In this document: piece by piece, positions 41,161-49,747 of the stretch
Numbering within the stretch: position 1 is the stretch's first letter
Layout: each line of letters opens with the position of its first letter
Assembly (NCBI GenBank): GCA_934100165.1
Contig: CAKOPN010000006.1
Span: 52,837-116,836 of the forward strand
Length of the DNA stretch: 64,000 nucleotides
Reading direction: 5' to 3'
Source: an uncultured Bacilli bacterium
GTDB lineage: Bacteria; Bacillota_I; Bacilli_A; RF39; UBA660
Position numbers and translations under genes: made by a program
Notes under the pieces: generated by a model
Databases searched by the model: none
Seen by the model: the letters and a program-made list of their open reading frames with translations, nothing else
What the model was told of the DNA's origin: nothing

Positions 41161-42087
41161 CTATATTAATTCTAAATATTTCTTTAGCATTTCGACTTCT
41201 AACTTAGTAACCAATTTAATAAAATCAGTATAATTACCAGTTGTATGTGCCTTATCTAGTGCTTCATAATATTTTAATCTTGATTCTTTTTTAATAATTA
41301 CAGGATTATATCCATTGTTCATTAAAACCAAATTCATAAGTAATCTGGATGTTCTTCCATTACCATCTACAAACGGATGTATTTTTACTAATTCTCCATG
41401 CAATAACGCTGCTTGAATTATCGGATGATATTCACTCCAAGTATTATAAGTTAATATTAATTTTTCCATCAATTCAGGAATTTTTAAATAGTCTGGGGGA
41501 ATATGTGTTGCACCTTTAATAGTTACATTTTCTTTTCTATATCTCCCAGCATTTTCATTATCTATATCTTTTAAAATTAACTGATGGATATTTTTAATAT
41601 TCCATTCGCTAATTGGTTCATTATCTTTAACTAAATCATCTAAAAATAAAATTGCTTTTTCATGGTTAATTGCTTCTAAATGTTCTTTAATAGATTTTCC
41701 ACCAACAGTTATTCCTTCTAAAACAACTTGTGTTTCTCTTAATGTTAAAGTATTACCTTCTATTCCATTGCTATTATAAGTCCACTCTAAATTAATAGAT
41801 TCTCTTAATGATTTTAAAGTTTCTTTTGATATTGGTCTTTTACTATCTAAATCTTTTTTTAAGCCATCTACTTCATCAAAATAATTATCTTCTAAATCAA
41901 TAATAAATTTATTATCATCCGGTTTAATTATTCTTTTATCAACAGGTTTATCAGCATCAATAGGAATATTCCAACTATTTCCTACTTTAATGGCACCCTC
42001 AATTCTACCATCTTGCAGTAATTGTCTTATTCTCCTCTCGCTAATGTTCCATTTTTCAACAGCTTCTTTCGTAGTCATAAATTCCAT
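41161..42087 (-). CDS. Fic-family protein (AMPylase-type) with N-terminal HTH
   Basis: Canonical Fic motif HPFVDGNGRTSRLLMN. The class-II inhibitory-helix-like motif SNGIEGN fits (S/T)xxxE(G/N). N-terminal MerR/excisionase-like HTH (TTKEAVEKWNISERRIRQLLQDGRIEGAIKVGNSWNI). ATG at 42087 lies 6 nt after GAGGTG and downstream of the promoter. Confidence 0.9.
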   Translation of the reverse strand: MEFMTTKEAVEKWNISERRIRQLLQDGRIEGAIKVGNSWNIPIDADKPVDKRIIKPDDNKFIIDLEDNYFDEVDGLKKDLDSKRPISKETLKSLRESINLEWTYNSNGIEGNTLTLRETQVVLEGITVGGKSIKEHLEAINHEKAILFLDDLVKDNEPISEWNIKNIHQLILKDIDNENAGRYRKENVTIKGATHIPPDYLKIPELMEKLILTYNTWSEYHPIIQAALLHGELVKIHPFVDGNGRTSRLLMNLVLMNNGYNPVIIKKESRLKYYEALDKAHTTGNYTDFIKLVTKLEVEMLKKYLELI

Positions 42088-42106
42088 ACTATTCACCTCG
42101 TTTGTA

Positions 42107-42135
42107 ATTATACCGTATTCGGTATAATTAGTCAA
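42107..42135 (-). promoter_or_regulatory. Consensus promoter of the Fic-HEPN operon with an embedded 7-bp inverted repeat (candidate operator)
   Basis: On the minus strand: TTGACT (42130-42135), a 17-nt spacer, then TATAAT (42107-42112). The spacer/-10 region contains TATACCG-N4-CGGTATA (42109-42126). Confidence 0.75.
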
Positions 42136-42273
42136 TGTTTTTATTCCGAGGTTGGTACAACATTTTTATAAATTTCCAACATGTTGCACAAAGTTATTAA
42201 AATGAGACTCAATCAATTGCCTATATCTTTACAAAGTGTTAGTATATATAACTAAATTATGGAGGTATTTACT

Positions 42274-43242
42274 ATGAAATTTATTTTAAACAGTAACATT
42301 TTTGATACAGTGATTTCAATATTTTTGATTATTAATACAATAACAACAATAATTGTATATTTTTGTGAATCTAAGAACGAAATAAAAAATATTAAAATGG
42401 ATAATATGTTGAATAAATCAGAATTGTTTAAGTTAATCGTCAATATTATATTTATTATTATCTTTACATTCGTTTTGATTATTGTTGCAAACAAATGTAA
42501 AATAACATCTTATATTATTTTACTATATTATTTGAGCTTTATTTTGATATCATTAAAACTTTCAAAAAAGAATATCATAAATTTAACTACTGAAAATAAA
42601 ATGTCATATATTCAAACTACAATTTTATTTACTATTTTCTTTTCAAGTAAAGCGACCGCGATTTGTATAAATAGTTTTTCTACTTTTTCTCGCACTGCAA
42701 AAGAATATTTATTAATATTTTTCCTTATTTTTAAATTAGTATTTTTTATATATTGTACAATAATTAATTTTTCCATATTTATTTCTAATTTAAACATTAT
42801 ATTAAAAAAACAATTAAAATTTATCAAGACAATATTAATAAAAATTGAAAATAAATATTTTGAACTTAAATTATACAACTTTTATTTTTCAAGAAACAAC
42901 AATAGCAAACCTTTTTTTATTATAGATAGTATCATTTATATATTATTGTATCCATTTATAATGATATTATATTTTACATTTGCACTAGTTATCCTATCTA
43001 TAAAGTTTTTAATTAGGAAAATACTAGCATTATATACAAAAATAATTAATTATTTTAATAATAGTTCGAAAGTAATAAGAAAAACAATTAAAATATCTAC
43101 TATAATTTCATTACTTATTATTTATATAATTATAACTTACAATAACAACATTTTTTCTACAAACACAAAAGATATATTTACCCTTTTATCAACAGTTATA
43201 TTAATACCTTTAATTTATGATAGTATAAAATCTAATAAATAA
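42274..43242 (+). CDS. Polytopic membrane protein (about 8 TM), extremely AT-rich, unknown function
   Basis: ATG at 42274 lies 8 nt after GGAGG. The 322-aa protein is I/L/F/N/K-rich and consists of successive hydrophobic segments. It is transcribed divergently from the Fic operon. Confidence 0.6.
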   Translation: MKFILNSNIFDTVISIFLIINTITTIIVYFCESKNEIKNIKMDNMLNKSELFKLIVNIIFIIIFTFVLIIVANKCKITSYIILLYYLSFILISLKLSKKNIINLTTENKMSYIQTTILFTIFFSSKATAICINSFSTFSRTAKEYLLIFFLIFKLVFFIYCTIINFSIFISNLNIILKKQLKFIKTILIKIENKYFELKLYNFYFSRNNNSKPFFIIDSIIYILLYPFIMILYFTFALVILSIKFLIRKILALYTKIINYFNNSSKVIRKTIKISTIISLLIIYIIITYNNNIFSTNTKDIFTLLSTVILIPLIYDSIKSNK

Positions 43243-43283
43243 TTTAACTTCTGACCATATTATTCAAAAGTTATAATATTGTA

Positions 43284-43450
43284 TTTTTTCAACTTCTCCT
43301 CAAATTGGGGCAAAGTTGTTTAGCTTTACACTTTGGATCCTTTTGGACCGACGTTATTTAGTTTTCAACTTTGCGACAACTGGCCGAGAAGTTAGAATTT
43401 TGATGTTACGAGTTTTTATGTACTATTCTGTGCAAATGCACAGAATTTTT
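43284..43450 (+). ncRNA. Candidate structured small RNA / structured 3' UTR
   Basis: TATAAT at 43272-43277. Nested long-range stems pair AACTTCTC (43291-98) with GAGAAGTT (43386-93), and CAAAGTTG (43311-18) with CAACTTTG (43366-73). A terminator hairpin TTCTGTGCA-AA-TGCACAGAA (43426-45) plus T5 follows. This is a locally GC-richer, ORF-free stretch of about 200 bp. Confidence 0.35.
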
Positions 43451-45023
43451 AAATCATGAATCTATAGAAAATTTCAATATTTTTATCCTTATCAATTTCA
43501 ATTCTATCAATTAATGTTTGTAAAAGTTCTCTAGTAGGATTTTTTATATCTATTAATTCTCTTATTCTTTCTTCATATTCTTCTAATTCTTTAGTTTTAA
43601 CACTTTCTTTTTTAGTACCTTTATATTTTTCTAAATCCAATTGAGCTTTATTTAATAGACTTTCCGTTTCTTGAGATAATCTTTTATAAGTAACATCTGA
43701 TATATTACCTTTAAATTTATCTTCATATAACATATCAATTTTCGAGACATATTCTTTTATCTTCTCCTCTAAATATTTTATCTTTTCTTTATTATCTTCT
43801 TTCCTATTATTTTTAGTTGCTATTTCTTTAGATAATGATTTAGAATCAATTCGCTTAATATAATTTTTACAAGTCGTTCTTACTACTTCAAGTAGAGCTT
43901 CCTCTAATTTATCATATGGCATAAAATGCGGTTCACATAGTCTTCTTCTTGGATCTCTTGCATATTTATTACAATTAATAGTCCAATAATTATGATTTTT
44001 TCGGTACGTAATAGTTAATGTATTACCACATTCTTTACAAAATAGTAAATTTTCAAATAATCTTTTTTCTCTATTACTAACACTTACATTAGTCCTTTTG
44101 ACATTACCTTGTATTCTTTCAAAAGTTAGTTTATCAACTAATGGTTCATGTGTTTCAGAAACTATGTCCCAATTACTTTTTGGAAGTGCTTTTTTCTTTT
44201 TAGATTTATAATTTATTTTAGTCTGTGTACTTTGAACCATATCACCTGTATACATTCTATTTTTTAATATCTTTTTAACTGATGATATAGTCCATTGTTC
44301 ATTATATCTCATTTTAGAATTAAGATTTTTTCGTTTTAAACTACTAGGTGTTTTAATTTTATTATCATTTAAATATGAAGCTATATCAGATAATCCTACA
44401 CCACTGGCTGCCATTTCAAATATTTTTTTAACTACCGATGCATATTCAGGATCAGGTATTAAATGACCTTTTTCATTTGGATCTTTCATATATCCATAGC
44501 TTGGATTACTTCCAATAAACTTTCCTTTCTTTCTTTTATCATTTAAAACACTCCTAATTTTAATAGAATTTTGCCTACTATAATAATCGTTACAAGCAAT
44601 TATAAATGTTGATGAATCATTACTTGCTTGATTAATTGCACTATCATAGTTTTCTTGTAATGATATAAATCTTATATTATTTTCTGGGAAAAATCTTTCA
44701 ATATAATATCCTGTCATAACATGATCTCTACCTAATCTTGATAAATCTTTTACTATAACTAAATTTACCTTTTTACTTTTAATATCTTCAATCATTTTAG
44801 TAAATCCAGGTCTTTCAAAATTAGTACCAGAATATCCATCATCAACATATTCTCCAACAAATATAAAACCTTTTTCTTTTACAAAGTTCATTAATAAATT
44901 TCTTTGATTAGTAATACTTTCACTTTCTGATTCATAAGATTTTCCTTCATCTGCTTCAGATAATCTTATATATATGACCGCTCTATAAATATTATTTGGC
45001 ACTTGTATCAATCCGTTATACAT
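43449..45023 (-). CDS. Large serine recombinase (resolvase N-terminal domain + recombinase domain + zinc ribbon + coiled coil)
   Basis: AVIYIRLSEADEG...SITNQR (catalytic Ser context), VKDLSRLGRD, a central recombinase domain, CKECGNTL...C...C, and a C-terminal coiled coil. Confidence 0.92.
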   Translation of the reverse strand: MYNGLIQVPNNIYRAVIYIRLSEADEGKSYESESESITNQRNLLMNFVKEKGFIFVGEYVDDGYSGTNFERPGFTKMIEDIKSKKVNLVIVKDLSRLGRDHVMTGYYIERFFPENNIRFISLQENYDSAINQASNDSSTFIIACNDYYSRQNSIKIRSVLNDKRKKGKFIGSNPSYGYMKDPNEKGHLIPDPEYASVVKKIFEMAASGVGLSDIASYLNDNKIKTPSSLKRKNLNSKMRYNEQWTISSVKKILKNRMYTGDMVQSTQTKINYKSKKKKALPKSNWDIVSETHEPLVDKLTFERIQGNVKRTNVSVSNREKRLFENLLFCKECGNTLTITYRKNHNYWTINCNKYARDPRRRLCEPHFMPYDKLEEALLEVVRTTCKNYIKRIDSKSLSKEIATKNNRKEDNKEKIKYLEEKIKEYVSKIDMLYEDKFKGNISDVTYKRLSQETESLLNKAQLDLEKYKGTKKESVKTKELEEYEERIRELIDIKNPTRELLQTLIDRIEIDKDKNIEIFYRFMI

Positions 45024-45100
45024 TTATTACTCCTTTCTTTTTTGTATAACAATCAAAGCCATTTAAAGTATAATGCTTTATTTTCATAAGTACCAATGTG

Positions 45101-45199
45101 CTAATTTTGAATTAGTACACTTTTTATATATTTATTTAACAAATCCACCAAATTAAGAGCATTATCATCCTTTTTAAAAGTTTCCGTAATTTTAAACAT
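45101..45199 (-). CDS. Small ORF (32 aa) immediately upstream of the recombinase
   Basis: ATG at 45199 is preceded by GAGGTGG. It encodes MFKITETFKKDDNALNLVDLLNKYIKSVLIQN*. It is below the track cutoff and coding status is unproven. Confidence 0.3.
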   Translation of the reverse strand: MFKITETFKKDDNALNLVDLLNKYIKSVLIQN

Positions 45200-45244
45200 A
45201 AGCCACCTCATAAAATTTTATGAGTGTCTTTTTCATTTTATTTC

Positions 45245-45748
45245 TTATTCCTCCTCGTACATATCACTTAATAATTTTTTTAACTCTTTTTGTTTTTCAA
45301 TAGTTGCCTCATTTTTAGGTATTAACTTACCATGCCAGTATTCATTACCATCTTCATCTTTATAATAAATACTATCTTCTTTTTTATTTAATTTATTATA
45401 TTGTTTAAAGTTTTGTTTATAGCCTGTATTAAAATTATCTTTAACACTTTTTATTTTTAAATTTAAGAACTCTGATAATTTAATTATACGCTTAGAATTA
45501 TTTGTACCTTTATTATCATATTCAGTCTTAATATAACCAAAGGTGGCCAAATTACTTATACTTTTTGATATAGTTACTTGTGTTACATTATAAATATCAC
45601 AAAAATATCTATTAGTAGCCCAACAATAACCATTTTTCTTACAAAGACTTATTATATGAATTAATAATAGTCTTTCTAAAAATGTTAATCTATTATCTCT
45701 TAATACGGATTTTAAAATAAATACATTTATGAATTCTTCTTTATCCAT
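45245..45748 (-). CDS. Winged-helix/HTH DNA-binding protein (phage/plasmid replication- or regulator-like)
   Basis: LTFLERLLLIHIISLCKKNGYCWATNRYFCDIYNVTQVTISKSISNLATFGYIK. The ATG at 45748 is chosen because the longer track ORF runs through the upstream terminator hairpin. The start is uncertain. Confidence 0.6.
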   Translation of the reverse strand: MDKEEFINVFILKSVLRDNRLTFLERLLLIHIISLCKKNGYCWATNRYFCDIYNVTQVTISKSISNLATFGYIKTEYDNKGTNNSKRIIKLSEFLNLKIKSVKDNFNTGYKQNFKQYNKLNKKEDSIYYKDEDGNEYWHGKLIPKNEATIEKQKELKKLLSDMYEEE

Positions 45749-45860
45749 AATAATCAATATATAAGATATATCTTGAGATAATAAAAGTGCACTTTTAAAG
45801 ATTATTTTCCTAGGTGTTTTCATCTTATAACAAATTAAAATAAAAAGAAATTGTACAAAA

Positions 45861-45889
45861 CATGCAAAAGGAGTACATTTCTGTACTCC
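45861..45889 (-). terminator. Rho-independent terminator ending the ATPase-TOPRIM / Mrr-STAND operon
   Basis: GGAGTACA-GAAA-TGTACTCC 8-bp hairpin (45870-45889), followed by TTTTGCATGTTTTG on the minus strand. It lies 8 nt after the stop at 45898. Confidence 0.8.
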
Positions 45890-45897
45890 CAATTTAA

Positions 45898-48207
45898 TCA
45901 TTGTATATCATAATCTTGATTAAATATATCGTCAACATCAATTGTATTTGAATTTATCCTTTGAGAATAATCATAATCAATAGAATCCCCATACATTTCT
46001 TTCTTGTAATCATTTAAATCATCGTCTAATAACATTTCAATACATATATTATCAATTATATAATCATAATCTAACTCTACATTATTAAATTTATACCCTA
46101 AATTTCTAATATAATCAATGCATTCATTAGCTTTTTGTATTAATTCTTCTTCCACTTGCTGCTTAACTTCAAAAACGTAATTTATGTTTCCTTCTAATTC
46201 TTCATTATTATTTATAAATTTTATATCAGGTGATGTACTTCTAATTGTTTCATTAACAAAATCTTCTCCTAAGGAAATTAATTTATATTCAAGAGAAGAT
46301 GATAAAACACTAATTAAGTTTTTTTCTACTAATAAATTAGGCAATTCAATATCCGAATAATATTCTAATAATTCTTCAATATATTCATAATCTGAATCAA
46401 CTATTTTTTTTGAAAATTTTTCCACATCATTTATAATCGTCTCTAAAGAATAAAAAGCTCGGATACTTTTATTTAAAGCAAATTTAACTAAATAATTTCT
46501 TTTTAAATCATAATCAAAAAATGAAGAGACATAGTTTTTAATTTTTTTATCACAATACTTATGTTTAATAATAAATTCTATTTTCTTCTTTATTTCTAAA
46601 TTATCTTCACTCATAAATGAATTATAGTGATTATATGCTGATATTTTTTCAAAATTATCAATATTATTTTCTAAAAAATAAGGACATAATCCCGAAATTT
46701 TATCCAATTGTTCTACATATAAAGCAGTATCAAATATTTTTTTCAATTGAGCATTATTATCAAGCAAATAATTTTGTATATAATCATTGATGGATGGGTT
46801 TAATACACTTATATATTTTTTCTTGCCTAAAATAGCGATTCCTATCAGTGATTTACTCAATCTATTTATTGAATCATTAAAACTATAACGAGAAACGTCA
46901 TATCCATTTCTTATTAGAAAATTTACTGTTGATTTTTTTAAAACATCTATTGGAATATAATTATTTCCCAAAGTATATAATTGATACATTAATATCGCAT
47001 CACAAGGTTCAATCCTATCAAACTCACTTTTCCAAACATCCTTTGGGTTATTTAATGCATTTATAATGAAATCATAAAAATTTTCTGATTCTAACTTTTT
47101 CTCACGTATAACACACATTTCAATAATGCGTGTATTAAATGATTTATGCTCAATAATACTATTATAATTTTTATTTTTAATTATTGACTCATATGATTTT
47201 TTAGTAACACCGTTATGATACATTAAATTATATAAAATTCTTGCCCGATCTAATTTAGTTATTTCATTAACATCTATCAAACATTCTTTAATACCAATTT
47301 CGTCCATTAGCTTTTCAAATTCTTGTTTTTCATTCTTAGCTTTATTTAAAATTGTAATTCTACTATTTAGTATAATCTTTTTATTTTTATAAATTCTTGT
47401 TAATTTTAATAACGATTTTAATTCATTAATCAATTTATCACTAATTGATAAGGACGTTTGTCCTAAAAAATCATCTAAAAAAATTATTTCAGGATTATCA
47501 TTTTGTTGCACAGATTCTATCAACTTTGAAAAATCATTATTAGATACTGTTGTCAATCTATATTCTTTGTTACTTATCAAAAGATACCTTATCAACATTT
47601 TAGATGTCAATGTTTTTCCAATGCCAGGATCACCAATAAATAAAATAACTCCACTAGAATTTATAATATCGACTGCATCATAATATGCTTTAGTTTCTAC
47701 AAAATATTTTGTTTCATTTTCAAAATCATCTATCATGACTTTACTAATAGCATCAGAATACCTATTTAAATACAAATCTAATACTACAGCTGATGAAAGC
47801 CATAATTTATGATTCTTTTTTAAAACATCAATATTTGCATCATCTATTAAAAAATCATCGATATCATTTTTTCCTATAACATAAGAATAATTTTTCATGT
47901 AGTCTCTAAAAATATCATATATATTCTTAGTAACCGTTTCACTAATTTCAGCAGTAGTTAGTAAATAATATGAATCAAAAGACTGTTTTTTTATTTTTTC
48001 TAATTCTTTTTTGCAAGCATCAACTAATTTTGAAGAATCTTTATATCTTTTACATTGACAAATAACTTTACCATCAAAACTTATTAAATCAATGCCATCA
48101 TCTTTACCAGGACCAAATCTTTTAAATTTTAAATTTAATCTTTTTTCCATAAAATCCAGGCAAAACTTTTCAAACTCTATTGGATCTAAATTTAAAATAT
48201 TAAACAT
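45898..48207 (-). CDS. Mrr-like PD-(D/E)xK nuclease fused to a STAND-type P-loop NTPase with a helical C-terminal region of about 500 aa
   Basis: N-terminus: FEKFCLDFM...GPGKDDGIDLISFDGKVICQCKRY (Mrr_cat pattern). Walker A ILFIGDPGIGKTLTS (aa 188-202), Walker B EIIFLDDFLG (aa 240-249). The C-terminal remainder is long and alpha-helical looking. Confidence 0.75.
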   Translation of the reverse strand: MFNILNLDPIEFEKFCLDFMEKRLNLKFKRFGPGKDDGIDLISFDGKVICQCKRYKDSSKLVDACKKELEKIKKQSFDSYYLLTTAEISETVTKNIYDIFRDYMKNYSYVIGKNDIDDFLIDDANIDVLKKNHKLWLSSAVVLDLYLNRYSDAISKVMIDDFENETKYFVETKAYYDAVDIINSSGVILFIGDPGIGKTLTSKMLIRYLLISNKEYRLTTVSNNDFSKLIESVQQNDNPEIIFLDDFLGQTSLSISDKLINELKSLLKLTRIYKNKKIILNSRITILNKAKNEKQEFEKLMDEIGIKECLIDVNEITKLDRARILYNLMYHNGVTKKSYESIIKNKNYNSIIEHKSFNTRIIEMCVIREKKLESENFYDFIINALNNPKDVWKSEFDRIEPCDAILMYQLYTLGNNYIPIDVLKKSTVNFLIRNGYDVSRYSFNDSINRLSKSLIGIAILGKKKYISVLNPSINDYIQNYLLDNNAQLKKIFDTALYVEQLDKISGLCPYFLENNIDNFEKISAYNHYNSFMSEDNLEIKKKIEFIIKHKYCDKKIKNYVSSFFDYDLKRNYLVKFALNKSIRAFYSLETIINDVEKFSKKIVDSDYEYIEELLEYYSDIELPNLLVEKNLISVLSSSLEYKLISLGEDFVNETIRSTSPDIKFINNNEELEGNINYVFEVKQQVEEELIQKANECIDYIRNLGYKFNNVELDYDYIIDNICIEMLLDDDLNDYKKEMYGDSIDYDYSQRINSNTIDVDDIFNQDYDIQ

Positions 48208-48208
48208 T

Positions 48209-49390
48209 TTATTTTACCTCCTCAACTAAATATTTATATTTCTCATAATCTTTAAAATTGTCTAAATATTCAATAAAATCAGGAGCATTTTCTTTTTTCC
48301 CAGTATAACCAATTTCACCCTCTAATATTGTATTTGATTCCAAATATATATTACATTTTTTTATTTCAATATTAATTGCTTTATTATTTTCATCCTTTTC
48401 ATTATCCTTATCAAATAATGGAATAACTTCTATATCAAGATTTTGAAATATTTTTATAAAAGGTATAAAGTGTGGCTTTCCATAACATTGAAAAATACTA
48501 TATTGTGTATATTGTTTATTATAATTAACTAACAATTTTTTAATAAACAATTCATCATTTATACCTTCTACCATATAAATTTTTTTTGAAAACAACGAAT
48601 TCAAGAATTCCTTTTTATGAAGTTCTATAATATTTCTTTTTAACGAATCTACAGAGAAATAAGATTTTGATTTATTATTCAAATTTTCAACATGAATATC
48701 ACTAGGGAGTAATATAGCACTTTTAAAATCAATTTTTTTTGGTTCTCCAAAATTTGGATCATTAAATATAAATAAATTTTCAAAATCAATATCTAATAAA
48801 TTTAATAAATCTGGAGAATGTGTAGCTACACAAATATCTTTCGTTTTACTTAAATCATTTATAAGACCTGCAGTAACATGCAACAACGATGGATGAGTAT
48901 GATTTTCTGGTTCATCTAAATAAATAAACTGCTTATGACTCTTTTGTATTAATTTTAATAAAAATTGTAATTTCTGACCACTTCCCATGTTATTTTTTAA
49001 ATCATCTGAATTTATTTTTACTATTTTTTTATACTCTTTTGTCGGAGTTGTAGAAATAACGTTTTTTTCTCTCTTTTGATTATTAAGGCTTAAAACCTCT
49101 TCCATTATTTCATTATAAATTTGTTGGTTCTCCTCAATACTTTTATCCAAAGCACTTTCATAATTTTTTCTAGCATTAGAAATCTCTTCATTCTCTAACA
49201 ACTCACTAATCAAATATTCCATTACAAAAGAGCTATTAACCGTATCTTTCATTTCATCAACAAATACTATTTCGGAATTTAATAATAGAATATCTTTTCT
49301 TTCTTTATCCTGTTTTTTTAATTCTTCTATTTCTTTATTTATCGCAAATGTTTTACCATAACCATTTGGACCAATATAAATTTTTAACAT
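48209..49390 (-). CDS. ABC/AAA_21-type ATPase fused to a TOPRIM domain (compact OLD-family-like / DUF4435-like protein)
   Basis: Walker A GPNGYGKT (aa 7-14), signature-like MGSGQKLQF, Walker B IYLDEPENHTHP, VATHSP, then TOPRIM-like IYMVEGINDE (aa 271-280) and LFDKDNE (aa 325-331). Its stop lies 1 nt before the downstream ATG. Confidence 0.7.
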   Translation of the reverse strand: MLKIYIGPNGYGKTFAINKEIEELKKQDKERKDILLLNSEIVFVDEMKDTVNSSFVMEYLISELLENEEISNARKNYESALDKSIEENQQIYNEIMEEVLSLNNQKREKNVISTTPTKEYKKIVKINSDDLKNNMGSGQKLQFLLKLIQKSHKQFIYLDEPENHTHPSLLHVTAGLINDLSKTKDICVATHSPDLLNLLDIDFENLFIFNDPNFGEPKKIDFKSAILLPSDIHVENLNNKSKSYFSVDSLKRNIIELHKKEFLNSLFSKKIYMVEGINDELFIKKLLVNYNKQYTQYSIFQCYGKPHFIPFIKIFQNLDIEVIPLFDKDNEKDENNKAINIEIKKCNIYLESNTILEGEIGYTGKKENAPDFIEYLDNFKDYEKYKYLVEEVK

Positions 49391-49472
49391 ACTACATCAC
49401 TCCTACTACTAAAAAAACGCAATACAAAACTTAAAGATAATTTAAGCCTGTACTAGCGCCTTTTTATTCTTT

Positions 49473-49715
49473 TTATAATTTTATATTCCAAATACCTTGT
49501 TTTCCAGATATTTCATTTTTACAATTAACTTTTTCTAAATTTTCTAATTTCCAAGCATATCCAGTTCTATCAAACTTATGACCATAGACCAGCTCATTTT
49601 CGCTTATTATTTTCTTATTTACATCTGGATCAAGCTTGATACAATCCGTAATGCTTACTTTAGCCAATATTCGAGGTTTTGAATAATTTAAATTAAGATG
49701 TTCAAATTTCTTCAT
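49473..49715 (-). pseudogene. ASCH-like domain remnant (C-terminal portion)
   Basis: The frame is open upstream of the annotated M and reads [29 protein letters not shown]...GKQGIWNIKL. The expected ASCH N-terminal strand is missing. It abuts the dcm fragment in a different frame. Confidence 0.4.
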
Positions 49716-49747
49716 AGCATCTAAGTCAACACCCTTACCAGCATGAA

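Noticed and set aside
42252-42878. Minus-strand ORFs 42252..42494 and 42612..42878.
   Set aside because: They are antisense to the RBS-supported membrane-protein ORF in extremely AT-rich DNA. They have no RBS, and their I/N/K/F-rich translation is typical of a shadow frame.
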